Below, one piece after another: positions 38,165 to 47,974 of a DNA stretch of 64,000 nt (position 1 is its first letter; every line of letters begins with the position of its first letter). A model generated the notes under the pieces. The model was not told where the DNA came from. It saw only the letters and a program-made list of their open reading frames with translations, and did no database searches. Made by a program: the position numbers and the translations under genes. The DNA comes from Candidatus Helarchaeota archaeon (GTDB lineage: Archaea; Asgardarchaeota; Lokiarchaeia; Helarchaeales; RDOG01), in assembly GCA_019058315.1 (NCBI GenBank), contig JAHPZH010000002.1, forward strand, positions 813,810-877,809, given 5' to 3'.

Positions 38165-38251
38165 TTATAGGATGCTTTTTAATTGTTAAATTAAGGAATT
38201 ATTCAAATATAAAAAGTAGTTTTTTTTTAGATCTTCGTCTGGCGGGAATAA

Positions 38252-38794
38252 ATGAAAGAATATGATGATTTAATTAAAAAAATTAAAGATTTAACAAAAA
38301 TAGGCTCGAAAAAATCTTCAAAAGCAGAAATATCTCCAAAGGAAGTAAAACTTGAAAATCTGTTAAAGAATTTTGAAGATAAGCATTTCATACCTATTTC
38401 AATGATCTTTACAGAAGAAGGATTAGTCGTATCAACAGGAATAGAACCGGAAAACAAATGGCTAAATGTGGATATTGTCGGAGCATTTGGTGCGGAATTT
38501 TTAAGAATAATTAATACCTTTATAGAAGAAGTTTTAGCAAAACCACACACTGATCCAGATAGTAGAATATCAGAATATGTCGGAGATTCAAAAAGAATAA
38601 CAAAAATTAAAACTAATTTTATTGAAACTGAAGTGGAAGGACAACCTATCGGAATTCTTTTCTGCCCTATCGAATCAATAGGTTTCTATTTAGCTATTAT
38701 TATAAACCCTGCTCTTAAAAATATCGAGCTTCTTCAAAAAATTAAAGATGATCTGCCAAAATTGATAGATGATATTAAAAATGTGTTTGAATAA
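38252..38794 (+). CDS. Roadblock/LC7-like domain protein
   Basis: 'SMIFTEEGLVVST...VDIVGAFGAEFL...FIETE...ILFCPI...YLAIII' helix/strand pattern. Confidence 0.7.
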   Translation: MKEYDDLIKKIKDLTKIGSKKSSKAEISPKEVKLENLLKNFEDKHFIPISMIFTEEGLVVSTGIEPENKWLNVDIVGAFGAEFLRIINTFIEEVLAKPHTDPDSRISEYVGDSKRITKIKTNFIETEVEGQPIGILFCPIESIGFYLAIIINPALKNIELLQKIKDDLPKLIDDIKNVFE

Positions 38795-38877
38795 TTAATT
38801 TCTCCATTTAATTTCCCTAAAAAAAATCTCCAACTCGCTCATTAATAAAAAATCACCTATAAATTCCACACATATTT

Positions 38878-38890
38878 ATATCACTGATCC
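38878..38890. promoter_or_regulatory. Degenerate copy of the palindrome (ATATCACTGATCC) upstream of the TrmB gene
   Basis: 2 mismatches to GTATCANTGATAC; about 115 bp upstream of the start. Confidence 0.45.
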
Positions 38891-39003
38891 TTATTTTTCA
38901 TTAAGTATTTAAAAAAGATAATATCAAAGGAGATATTCTCAAGGTTTAAGGCAGAGTGGGATGGTATTGTTTATAAACTCTTGAAATAAGAGGAATTGGG
39001 AAA

Positions 39004-39801
39004 TTGAAAGAAATTGTAGATAAATTGCATCAATTGGGGTTTAAAAAAAACGATGCAAAAGTATATTTTACATTATTACAACTAGGGGCATCTAATCCTT
39101 CAGAAATCTCAAAAAAAACAAACATTGTACGAGCTCGAGTATATGATTCTTTAAAAAGACTTGAAAAAAAGGGATTCGTTGAAAGAGAAGCAGTGTCTCG
39201 AGCACCTGAATATTCAGCAGTTAATCCAGATCTAGTTTTTTCGAACATAAAGGGAGAGTTGACTAATAAATTAAACATATCAGAACAATTATTAGAGTCC
39301 ATAAAGGAAAAAGTTAAAATTAAACCAGAAAAGGGGACATGGGCAATTAAAGGAATACCCAAAATCAAATCTAAAATTGAAAATATTATTTCAAACACAA
39401 ATAAAAGATTATTGGCTCTTATTACGCCTGATTACACTAAAACTTCTGAAAAATGGATTTATGATTTGCTTTTATTAAAAGCTAAATCTAAAATCGAAAT
39501 TAATATTGGGATGAAAATAAAAAAAGATAACTTGCCAGATGTTAAAAAATTAATAGCTAAAAAGATAAAAGTTTATAATTGGCATTTTACTGAGGAAATT
39601 CCAATAGGTCTGTATACCTCTGATTCTGAAAATACTCTACTTACGGTTATTGGTAGCTGGAAGAAAATATATGAGCATAATATCGGATTTCTAATCCAAG
39701 GATCTCCTGCTCAACATAAAGGTTTTGAATTCCTTATAGATTGGTTTTTTGCTTCTTGTCAAAACGGTGAGGAAAGGGTAAATGAACTAGAAGGTGAATG
39801 A
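39004..39801 (+). CDS. TrmB family transcriptional regulator
   Basis: wHTH 'LGFKKNDAKVYFTLL...SEISKKTNIVRARVYDSLKRLEKKGFV...PEYSAVNP' plus C-terminal effector-binding domain. Confidence 0.9.
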   Translation: MKEIVDKLHQLGFKKNDAKVYFTLLQLGASNPSEISKKTNIVRARVYDSLKRLEKKGFVEREAVSRAPEYSAVNPDLVFSNIKGELTNKLNISEQLLESIKEKVKIKPEKGTWAIKGIPKIKSKIENIISNTNKRLLALITPDYTKTSEKWIYDLLLLKAKSKIEINIGMKIKKDNLPDVKKLIAKKIKVYNWHFTEEIPIGLYTSDSENTLLTVIGSWKKIYEHNIGFLIQGSPAQHKGFEFLIDWFFASCQNGEERVNELEGE

Positions 39802-40321
39802 AATTTCTGAAATAGCTATTAAAATTGTTGTTGTTGGTGATGAGGAAGTAGGAAAAACTTCAATAATCCTTAAATATGTTAAAAATCGCTTTACTGATGA
39901 TTATAAACCTACTCTAGGCGCAGATTTTGCAGTAAAAGAACTGCGACTAAATGGAAAAATCGTAAAATTATATCTATGGGATATTGGAGGAAAAGATCAA
40001 TTTAAAAATCTGCATAAATATTACTATGAAGGTGCAAATTTATTCATTTTAGTTTTCGACCTAACAAAATTAGAAACCTTTGAGAATGCAATTAATGTTT
40101 GGATAGAAGACATAAGAAAAAATTACGATACTATACCAATTGTTTTAGTCGGTAATAAATTCGATTTGGAAAATGAAAGGCGTGTATCATTTGAACAAAT
40201 CAAAGATTTAACCTTTGATTTTATTCCTCTTTCTCTCGAAACTTCCGCAAAAACAGGTCTTAATATTGAAGATTTGTTTAACAAAATTATTGAATTTTTA
40301 AAGACCATAGAAATTGAATAA
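39794..40321 (+). CDS. Rab-like small GTPase
   Basis: G1 GDEEVGKT, G2 PTLGADF, G3 WDIGG, YYEGA, LVFDLT, G4 NKFD, G5 ETSAK; GTG start overlaps the TrmB 3' end by 8 nt. Confidence 0.92.
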   Translation: MNEISEIAIKIVVVGDEEVGKTSIILKYVKNRFTDDYKPTLGADFAVKELRLNGKIVKLYLWDIGGKDQFKNLHKYYYEGANLFILVFDLTKLETFENAINVWIEDIRKNYDTIPIVLVGNKFDLENERRVSFEQIKDLTFDFIPLSLETSAKTGLNIEDLFNKIIEFLKTIEIE

Positions 40322-40329
40322 AATAATTA

Positions 40330-40413
40330 AAAAATTTGAACAAATAAAGAATTTGATCAATAAGATACTTGAATAAATAAAAAATCTGATCAAATAAAAA
40401 ACGTGATCAGAAA
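40330..40413. repeat. Five degenerate 16-17-bp tandem repeats, consensus AAAAATTTGATCAAATA
   Basis: aaaaatttgaacaaata / aagaatttgatcaata / agatacttgaataaata / aaaaatctgatcaaata / aaaaacgtgatcagaaa. Confidence 0.75.
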
Positions 40414-40452
40414 GAAATAGATAAAATTATTCTAACCTGGAACGTAATTAAT

Positions 40453-41493
40453 TTGATTAAGGGAATAATAATTACATCAAGTTCTGGTGTATGCCTATTC
40501 TATAAAAGTTATGGCTGTGCCTTTGATAGTGAGATTCTTACCAATTTTTTGGTAGCAAATGATATATTCAGTGCTCAAATGATAGGAGAATCGATGTATA
40601 GAATTGAAATGAAGGAAAAAACCCAATTCGTTTTTGAAAAAGATACCCAAACTAAATTAATTTTCGTAATAATTGCGGATTTAGAAGACCAATTACATAA
40701 TCTCCAATTAAAATTGAAACATATAAAGTACGCAATTCTTTCAAATTTTCCAGAAATACATTACAGCGAATCTGATGCTCTACCTAAATATCATAAAATT
40801 CCCAATAAATTGAGAGTTGAAAAATTAATAGATCCAATAATTTTACCCCATTTTCCTTCTGGAAATTTAATAAATCTCATTAATTACTTTGGAATAAAAA
40901 ATTCTGCATACATTTTTTCAAGCCTTCTTGCTAAGCAGAATATTCTAATTTTTGATGGAAATCAACAATTAATAGAAGAATTAATTATGACTTTCCCTTT
41001 GTTAATTCCATTTCGTGAATTATTTATAATACAAAAAATTATCTCCGTAGATAAAATCGGACTTTTAGTTCCCTGGATTGAAAATTTCAATCTTTCTCAG
41101 GCTCCAAATTGCTGGTGGATAATAGGATCAAATAAAAATGATTTTAAAAAAACTGAGAAAAGTTCTATTACTTTTATAGATGTTGAAAACAAAAGAATTA
41201 TAAATGGGATAACCCCATCATTCTACGAACATAACTTAATTAAATCATTAAAAAATATTAAAGATCCTCAAATAGCACAATTAACATGGGCAAATAAAAT
41301 GCATGATCTTATAAATACCGTTAAGAAATTATTAAATTTCAATCCAATCAATAAAGAAGTCCTGAAATTACATGATCTTCAACCTTACTTTCTCCCCCTC
41401 GTTGAAAAAATTGTTCAGAACGATTTTTCGGTGAATTTAGAAATTGAAAAACACTACTTTACTTCCATACTAAATAAAATGTTTGGAGATTAA
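40453..41493 (+). CDS. Longin (uDENN) plus DENN-like domain protein, putative small-GTPase GEF
   Basis: Longin 'IIITSSSGVCLFYK...LIFVIIAD'; cDENN-like 'FSSLLAKQNILIF...LIPF...QAPNCWWIIG...FIDVENKRI'. Confidence 0.7.
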   Translation: MIKGIIITSSSGVCLFYKSYGCAFDSEILTNFLVANDIFSAQMIGESMYRIEMKEKTQFVFEKDTQTKLIFVIIADLEDQLHNLQLKLKHIKYAILSNFPEIHYSESDALPKYHKIPNKLRVEKLIDPIILPHFPSGNLINLINYFGIKNSAYIFSSLLAKQNILIFDGNQQLIEELIMTFPLLIPFRELFIIQKIISVDKIGLLVPWIENFNLSQAPNCWWIIGSNKNDFKKTEKSSITFIDVENKRIINGITPSFYEHNLIKSLKNIKDPQIAQLTWANKMHDLINTVKKLLNFNPINKEVLKLHDLQPYFLPLVEKIVQNDFSVNLEIEKHYFTSILNKMFGD

Positions 41494-41496
41494 TTC

Positions 41497-42168
41497 TTGG
41501 TTGATGCAACAATATTTTTAATTATTACTTCTGTATTTTCTTGTGCAATTTCTGGTGCTATAGCCGTTTTAATAATATTAAAGCGAGATCTCCGCCTTGA
41601 AACTGTTTTCTTTTCGCTTTTTTTGCTTGGGTCAGCTATTTATGTGTTCTTATATCTATTCTTGTTTGATGAGACATTAAAATACCTGCATTACCCTCTC
41701 CAAACGATATTCATTAGTCTTGCAACATTTGGATTCTTTATGTTTGCATTTAGTATGGATAATGAGGGAGAAAACATTAAAAAAATGGCAATTCCTTTAG
41801 CTATAATTTTATCAATTCTACCAGTGCTAAATTTTATCCTTACACCTTATACTTTTATTTTCGTTCCTTACGGTACTGAATTGAATGTAGAACCTTGGTT
41901 CCTAACTTCAGTTGCCTTAGTTACTATAATATTTCTCAGCTATGCAATGTTCATAATCCTGAAACTAAGCTTTAAATCTCCTTCCCTAGAAGTCCGGAAA
42001 AAAATAAAAATTATCCTTTTTTGCCTTGTATTAATGGTAGTTTTTGGAACCACCTTTTTAGCTATCATCCCCGTTATTACTCAAATACATCAAATAAAAC
42101 CTATAGGTTATTTCATCATTTCAGCATCAATGATCCTTATGACTTATGCATTCAGAAAAAGTGAATAA
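41497..42168 (+). CDS. Stand-alone 7-TM protein (HisKA_7TM-like sensor domain)
   Basis: Seven hydrophobic segments, no cytoplasmic output domain; starts 3 bp after the DENN gene. Confidence 0.65.
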   Translation: MVDATIFLIITSVFSCAISGAIAVLIILKRDLRLETVFFSLFLLGSAIYVFLYLFLFDETLKYLHYPLQTIFISLATFGFFMFAFSMDNEGENIKKMAIPLAIILSILPVLNFILTPYTFIFVPYGTELNVEPWFLTSVALVTIIFLSYAMFIILKLSFKSPSLEVRKKIKIILFCLVLMVVFGTTFLAIIPVITQIHQIKPIGYFIISASMILMTYAFRKSE

Positions 42169-42314
42169 AGAAAATAGCCAATATAATAGTTTAGAATTCA
42201 TTTTTAATTTAATTTTTGTAATTAATTTAACCTACTGACCTATTTTTAGTTTTAAATTTATTAATTTCTTCTTTTAATTTTTTATTTTTTTAAAAAATCA
42301 ATTATAAATATAAT

Positions 42315-42327
42315 GTTCCATTGATAC
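42315..42327. promoter_or_regulatory. Palindrome copy GTTCCATTGATAC upstream of the glycosyltransferase
   Basis: 2 mismatches to the core; flanks TAAT...AT match the 38144 site. Confidence 0.5.
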
Positions 42328-42429
42328 ATATTCATAAATTTGAATTATTGTTAACATATTCTAATTATTTTTTTGTTAAATACAAAATCTTTCCTTATCC
42401 ATATAAAAATAAAAAGGAGGATAAAAAAT

Positions 42430-43782
42430 TTGAAAAAAATAAAAATTATTTGGATGTCTCCAGAAATTGAAGATGAATATTCAAGTGGTGCAGCTAATCA
42501 TAATAGATTATTTGTGGAATACTTTAATAAACACCCAGATGTGGAAGAAGTAGCAGTGGTCAGATGGCCTGTTCCAGTAGCTGGAAAATTTTTGCCTCAA
42601 ATACAAAATTTTAATGGAATTAAATTATATACACCGCAAATTCACCTAAAATTAGATGAGGCACTTAAATCTTTCAAAAGGGAATCATATAAATTTTCAG
42701 AAAAAATAAAATTTGCATTTCTGCGATTGATCCTGAAATTAAAAGGAATGTCTACGTTTGATCCATCAACAATTAAAAAAGCTGGAGCTGTAGCCACATT
42801 TGCTGTTATGCTATTAACTTTCCAAAAACCATTCCCAAATCCCCTTCTGAAACAAATAGCTAAATGTATCGAACATTCTAAACCCGATATTATCCAAAAT
42901 CAAATGGAATTTATGGGGATATCGGGCTCATTGATCCGAGATAAAGTAAAAGGACACCTTATAACTCTCTACGAAATGGAAGGTGGACAAAGAGAAGTAG
43001 AAGAAGGAACTTTGGTTGGAGAAATTGCAAAAAGAAATAGTGAAGCTCTACAATGGGTTATAGAAAATGATAAAGTCGATAAATATATTCCAGTTTCGGA
43101 ATCTGTAGAAAAAAATCTGATTAAAAATGGAGTGCCTAAAAATAAGATTCAAACAATATATTCGCCTATAAGAATAGATAAGTTCCCTGTGGTGGATAGA
43201 GAAACAGCAAGGAGAAAATTGGGTCTCCCTAAAAACAAAAAAATCATTGTTTCGGTTGGACGAATGACAGGGGGGAAGAGATTCGAAGATCTGGTTGAAA
43301 TGCTAAGGAGATTCCCCGATGATGTAATTCTATATATCAAACAAAGTCGATGTATTTCTGATGATATCCTTGATACTTCTAAAGGGCTAATATCACTGAT
43401 AAAGAAATATAAATTAAATGATAGGGTAATTATTAACGACACACCACTACCATATGAGCAAATGGCATATGTATATCAAGCTGCGGATGTTGGGGTATAC
43501 CCATTTCTAGATGAACCGTTTGGGATGTGCGTCGCTGAAATTATGGCGTGTGCTAGACCAGTAATTGTTTATGATAGCGGATATCTTCCAAATTTTATAA
43601 ATAAAAATGGCTTCGTTGTTAAACCCTTAGATATTGAGGATCTATATCAAAAAACTAAATATCTGCTAGAAGATGGAATAGTAGTAAAGGAAATGGGCGA
43701 AAAAGGTAGAGAATTAGCTCAAAAATACGATATTAATATACTTGGAGAAAAATTACTTGATTTATATAAAGAATTTATGTAA
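42430..43782 (+). CDS. Glycosyltransferase family 4 (GT-B)
   Basis: 'PVSESV', 'SVGRM...KRFEDL', 'EPFGMCVAEIMAC'; TTG at 42430 after GGAGG is a better start than 42373. Confidence 0.88.
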   Translation: MKKIKIIWMSPEIEDEYSSGAANHNRLFVEYFNKHPDVEEVAVVRWPVPVAGKFLPQIQNFNGIKLYTPQIHLKLDEALKSFKRESYKFSEKIKFAFLRLILKLKGMSTFDPSTIKKAGAVATFAVMLLTFQKPFPNPLLKQIAKCIEHSKPDIIQNQMEFMGISGSLIRDKVKGHLITLYEMEGGQREVEEGTLVGEIAKRNSEALQWVIENDKVDKYIPVSESVEKNLIKNGVPKNKIQTIYSPIRIDKFPVVDRETARRKLGLPKNKKIIVSVGRMTGGKRFEDLVEMLRRFPDDVILYIKQSRCISDDILDTSKGLISLIKKYKLNDRVIINDTPLPYEQMAYVYQAADVGVYPFLDEPFGMCVAEIMACARPVIVYDSGYLPNFINKNGFVVKPLDIEDLYQKTKYLLEDGIVVKEMGEKGRELAQKYDINILGEKLLDLYKEFM

Positions 43783-43810
43783 AATCAATGGTTAATTTCG
43801 GAGAGATTAT

Positions 43811-44719
43811 ATGAGTCTAATTTTGGCTATAATTTTTGGTCTACTAGCTTATGCAGCATTAAATATCGGAATGGTTCTAGAAAAAAAAGGCGCAAGTACA
43901 CTACCACAAATTGAAAACACTTCTGCTCTAGATAACCTTAAAAATTTTCTTGGTTGTAAAATCTGGGTAATTGGGGCATTAATAACTTTTTCACAGGTAT
44001 TTCTCTTAATGATTGCTTTAACAATGGCTCCTCTATCATTAATCTCTCCCCTTTTCGGATTCGGTCTCGTTGTGCTGGCGTTCTTTTCGAAACTATATTT
44101 AAACGAAGATATAAATAAAATAGAATATGCAGGTATAAGCATTACAATTTTCGGGATTATCTTATTAGGATTGTTTTCTAATCCTAATGAAATAACTTAT
44201 ACAGTAAATGAAATTGCTGGATTATATTTTTCCCCTTTTTCTTTTATCTACTTTATAAGTATGATAATTTTTACGATAATACTTTGTATCTATAGTATCT
44301 TAAATAATTATAAATTGGCAGCTATCATTTTCGGGTTTGCTAGCGGAATCGCAGGAGCTTTCGGAAATATTTTTATGAAAGGTGTATCTTCTGGTGTCGG
44401 TCAATTTACACTAGAATCAACTATAATTAATATACTTTGGATTTTGATGCTAATTTTCTCATTTATGGGAAGTGGGGTTTCAATGATGTTACTCCAGATG
44501 GGATTTCAAAAAGGAAGAGCGGTTCTAGTGGCACCGATTTATTCTATCATCGCTATGCTCTATCCAACAATCAGCGGTATCATCATTCTTGGAGAATGGG
44601 CTGGACAGTTGTTCCTTAATATACTAATCCAATCTACTGGGATAATTATTATTGTATTAGGAATTATTATCTTGTCTTTCTATAATGAATTGAAAAAAGT
44701 AAAATCCGAAGAGTCTTGA
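43811..44719 (+). CDS. DMT-superfamily transporter (NIPA/Mg2+-transporter-like)
   Basis: 9 TM; 'GMVLEKKG', 'APLSLISPL', 'LQMGFQKGRAVLVAP', 'GIIILGE'. Confidence 0.75.
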   Translation: MSLILAIIFGLLAYAALNIGMVLEKKGASTLPQIENTSALDNLKNFLGCKIWVIGALITFSQVFLLMIALTMAPLSLISPLFGFGLVVLAFFSKLYLNEDINKIEYAGISITIFGIILLGLFSNPNEITYTVNEIAGLYFSPFSFIYFISMIIFTIILCIYSILNNYKLAAIIFGFASGIAGAFGNIFMKGVSSGVGQFTLESTIINILWILMLIFSFMGSGVSMMLLQMGFQKGRAVLVAPIYSIIAMLYPTISGIIILGEWAGQLFLNILIQSTGIIIIVLGIIILSFYNELKKVKSEES

Positions 44720-44800
44720 GATTTTAATCCAAATTTGTTAGTATAAATTAAAAAGATTAACTTAATCTTTATTTTTTTGAATCTTTCAATTTTTTTTTTA

Positions 44801-45082
44801 CTATAAAGCCTCCCAATATGAATATTTGGTTTTTATTATAACACCCACAATAACCAAAAAAACCCCTGGTGCTATAAAAAATACTCCCAATCCTATGTAA
44901 AGTGAGTAAAATGAAGCACGGTTATAAAATTTCTTAAGATAATGAAAAAATTCTGGAGATGAACTTGGTCCAAATATAATAATACATATTCCAAAAACAA
45001 TAAGACTAACTCCGAGTATTATTTGGGCCGTAGATCTCTCATATGCCATTCTTCGCCAACTAGTAATTCTTAACATCTCCAA
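44801..45082 (-). CDS. Small 2-TM membrane protein
   Basis: Two hydrophobic helices; start probably the internal Met. Confidence 0.55.
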   Translation of the reverse strand: MEMLRITSWRRMAYERSTAQIILGVSLIVFGICIIIFGPSSSPEFFHYLKKFYNRASFYSLYIGLGVFFIAPGVFLVIVGVIIKTKYSYWEAL

Positions 45083-45287
45083 AAGTGTTTTATATAAATA
45101 TGAAATTTAAATTAAAAATTTAAAAAATTCCTCTACTTTAGGATTTAAATATGTGTATTTGTAATTTTAATTAATAATTATACCCCATCGGAATTAAGGG
45201 AGAATTAATAATGATTAAAAGGAGAAATTTATGGAAATTATTAAATTTACTTCTCTTGAATGGGACAAGAAGGTATTCTATTTTTAA

Positions 45288-46979
45288 TTGCGCATAGTAG
45301 GTGTCTTTTTGGATGAAATATCAACTTTTTTGGATTATCTACACAAAATTATGATTTTAGTTTTAATGATTTTAACAATTATATCTATTTTTTTCCTGAA
45401 CATACATTCTAATCTTTGGATTTTTTATTTGCTTGGAATAGCTCTCTCAAGCTTATCAATAATCCTATTTTATGTTGGTGGTAAACAAGACATCAATAAA
45501 TTGCCAATTTTAGGTATAATTGTATTACAAATTGGTACAATTTTTATGTTAATAGATTTATTCACTAATATATATTGGAAAAAAGCCCAAATAGGAAGTA
45601 TTGTTTTAATTTTTTTAATTAAACTTTTTACTAATGAATCTACTGTAGTAATTGATACTACATCATTAATATTATTAGCAATAATAGACGCTGGAAGTTC
45701 AGATATTGATTCATTGCGTTCTCAAATATCATTACCTTTTATCCAGATTGTAATAGGAGTTTTTGGATATGTAATAAAAAGATATGAATGGTCTAGGGCT
45801 CGAATATTATCAAAACGAATTCCACCTACTTACAAGGATATTAGTAAATTTACTTGTCCCACATGTGGAGAAAAATGTATTTCAAGTTTTATTGGTCATA
45901 GCCTTAAGAAACCAATTTATCAAATCGTTTTAAAATGCCCTATTCATAAGAATGAGATTACCATTCCAGAAAATGATATTAAATACTATATAGAAGATAT
46001 TGTAAAAAGTACTTTAACTTGTAAACATTGCGGAATAAGTGGTTCGGAAATTAAGACAGAAGATCACCAAATATATACATTTGGATTTAGACAATTTAAA
46101 TTAGGTTTTGAAATTTTTTGTTTAAAATGTAGAAAAAGATCTTATTATTCTATTTCAATTAATTTATACTCTCTATTCTATGAGAATTATTTTGATATTT
46201 TAAAAAAGCAATTCAATTCTAAGCTTATAACAGAAAATCGCGAAGATATTTTATGTTCGAAATGTAAAAATTCTATTCTCGCAAGAAAAATTCAATTTAA
46301 AAACAGAATGGTTTATATTAAAGGTATCTGCTTGGGTTCTGAACATCATCATGTTAAAATGCAATTAGAATTGGATCAATATAATTGGCTGAATCTTCTT
46401 CCAAAAATAATAAATGTATGTAAAAATTGTGGCTCAACTGATTTATTGATTAGAGAATTAAATTTCAAATATTCTTCCAGTGAACATACAACTGAAATTC
46501 CGTACCGAGTAATTATCCAAACTTGTAATAAATGCGGAACAAAAAATAAATCGCTGTTAGGACTTTACTTTTATCAAATTTATCGAAGGGCTCTAAGAGA
46601 AACTAAAATAAAACCTTATGAAGGGAAAACTTTATTTTGCACAATATGTGGATCTAAAAGTTTATTAGGAAAAGTAGAATTGAAGCGAAATGTATTACAA
46701 GCAATTCTATATTGTGAGAAAGGACATTTTACAAATAAAATATTAGCACTTGATAGAAAAAATGTCTGGATAAATACAATTTTATCAGGAGTAAAAATTT
46801 GTAAAAATTGTTTCTCACCAAATGTGAGAGTTAAATTAATAGCCTTAAATTATTCATTACTTAGGCAAATAAAAAGTACCAAAATCAAATTAGAGTGCCT
46901 AGATTGTAAAAAAAGAAGAGATATAGTAATAAATAATTTAATTTTTGATGAAATGATGGATTTTTTATTCAATGAGTAA
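45288..46979 (+). CDS. Membrane protein with three tandem double zinc-ribbon repeats
   Basis: N-terminal TMs, then three units of about 130 aa, each CxxC..Cx(2-4)H plus CxxC..CxxC. Confidence 0.75.
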   Translation: MRIVGVFLDEISTFLDYLHKIMILVLMILTIISIFFLNIHSNLWIFYLLGIALSSLSIILFYVGGKQDINKLPILGIIVLQIGTIFMLIDLFTNIYWKKAQIGSIVLIFLIKLFTNESTVVIDTTSLILLAIIDAGSSDIDSLRSQISLPFIQIVIGVFGYVIKRYEWSRARILSKRIPPTYKDISKFTCPTCGEKCISSFIGHSLKKPIYQIVLKCPIHKNEITIPENDIKYYIEDIVKSTLTCKHCGISGSEIKTEDHQIYTFGFRQFKLGFEIFCLKCRKRSYYSISINLYSLFYENYFDILKKQFNSKLITENREDILCSKCKNSILARKIQFKNRMVYIKGICLGSEHHHVKMQLELDQYNWLNLLPKIINVCKNCGSTDLLIRELNFKYSSSEHTTEIPYRVIIQTCNKCGTKNKSLLGLYFYQIYRRALRETKIKPYEGKTLFCTICGSKSLLGKVELKRNVLQAILYCEKGHFTNKILALDRKNVWINTILSGVKICKNCFSPNVRVKLIALNYSLLRQIKSTKIKLECLDCKKRRDIVINNLIFDEMMDFLFNE

Positions 46980-46995
46980 TCAATAATGAAAAAAA
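46975..46995 (+). repeat. 21-bp direct repeat, copy 1 (AGTAATCAATAATGAAAAAAA)
   Basis: Identical to 48777-48797; includes the stop codon of the 563-aa gene. Confidence 0.7.
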
Positions 46996-47062
46996 TAATT
47001 ACAAGTGGTATAATAATTGTTTATAATTATAATCTAGAATTTCAATGTGTTAATTAAATTAA

Positions 47063-47318
47063 TCTAATCCTTTAATTTATTGAAAAAATCAAGAAGGCTT
47101 ATAATTCCGGGAATAAAAAGCAAAAATCCAAATATAATTTCTATCGTATGTTTATCACTAGCAAATACTGTCCCTGAACCAAACACAAATCCTGGAAATA
47201 AAATAAATATTAATCCTAGTAGGAAACATGCGATACTACCTATTAATGATAAGGCTGCTGATAAGTTTATTGCCAATATATAACCTCAATCTATTGGATT
47301 CTTCAATATTTTATCCAT
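47063..47318. repeat. 256-bp duplicated segment, copy 1 (copy 2 at 49570-49825)
   Basis: Ungapped alignment at offset 2507 covering a 70-aa gene and its upstream region. Confidence 0.9.
47064..47276 (-). CDS. 70-aa 2-TM membrane protein (copy 1)
   Basis: 66/70 aa identical to 49571-49783; many DNA differences are synonymous in this frame. Confidence 0.75.
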   Translation of the reverse strand: MAINLSAALSLIGSIACFLLGLIFILFPGFVFGSGTVFASDKHTIEIIFGFLLFIPGIISLLDFFNKLKD

Positions 47319-47928
47319 AATTTCTTATTGGTCTAAAAAATCTTAAATTTGCTCCACAGAAATAACAAAATTGATTATTATCTTGAATTTTGTTATCACA
47401 AATTGGACAAATTAAATTCTGTTCTATTACTGACATAATTGTTCTCATTTTTATGAAAAATATTGTTCCTAAGCTAAATCCTGCTAAAACAATGAGTAAA
47501 TGAATGATTGTATAATAAAAATTAACAGTTGGATTTCCATAATTTCTAATAATAATTATAAAGGAAAGAATTTCATGATTAAGTTCTTTTATTGTAATAA
47601 GCTCATGAAGGGAAAATATAAATAATGAATTGTTAATTACAATTTGGTTCTGAACCCAAAAAATATTATAAATATTGCTTATTACCAATAATGTCCATCC
47701 AATCAATCCAATATTAGTCATATTTCTTACGATTTTCATATTTTTAACTGATAATCCAATGAAATATAAAGGACCTGACAATAAATAGATTATATTACCA
47801 ATTCCATAAAAAATACTAATTAATTCATTATTATCAGAAGGAAGTTTAAAGACTAGAAACGAAACAATGGAAAATAATGATAAGAAAAATAGAAACCTTA
47901 CCGAATCATCTAATATTCTATTTTTCAT
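47311..47928 (-). CDS. Membrane protein with C-terminal zinc ribbon
   Basis: About 4 TM; 'CPICD...FCYFCGANL'. Confidence 0.7.
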   Translation of the reverse strand: MKNRILDDSVRFLFFLSLFSIVSFLVFKLPSDNNELISIFYGIGNIIYLLSGPLYFIGLSVKNMKIVRNMTNIGLIGWTLLVISNIYNIFWVQNQIVINNSLFIFSLHELITIKELNHEILSFIIIIRNYGNPTVNFYYTIIHLLIVLAGFSLGTIFFIKMRTIMSVIEQNLICPICDNKIQDNNQFCYFCGANLRFFRPIRNYG

Positions 47929-47974
47929 TTGTAATCACTTATCTAAAATTAAATAAATTCTAAATTCCGGCTTC

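Noticed and set aside
40330-40413. Possible mini-CRISPR array
   Set aside because: Units are 16-17 bp, contiguous and spacer-less; no cas genes nearby
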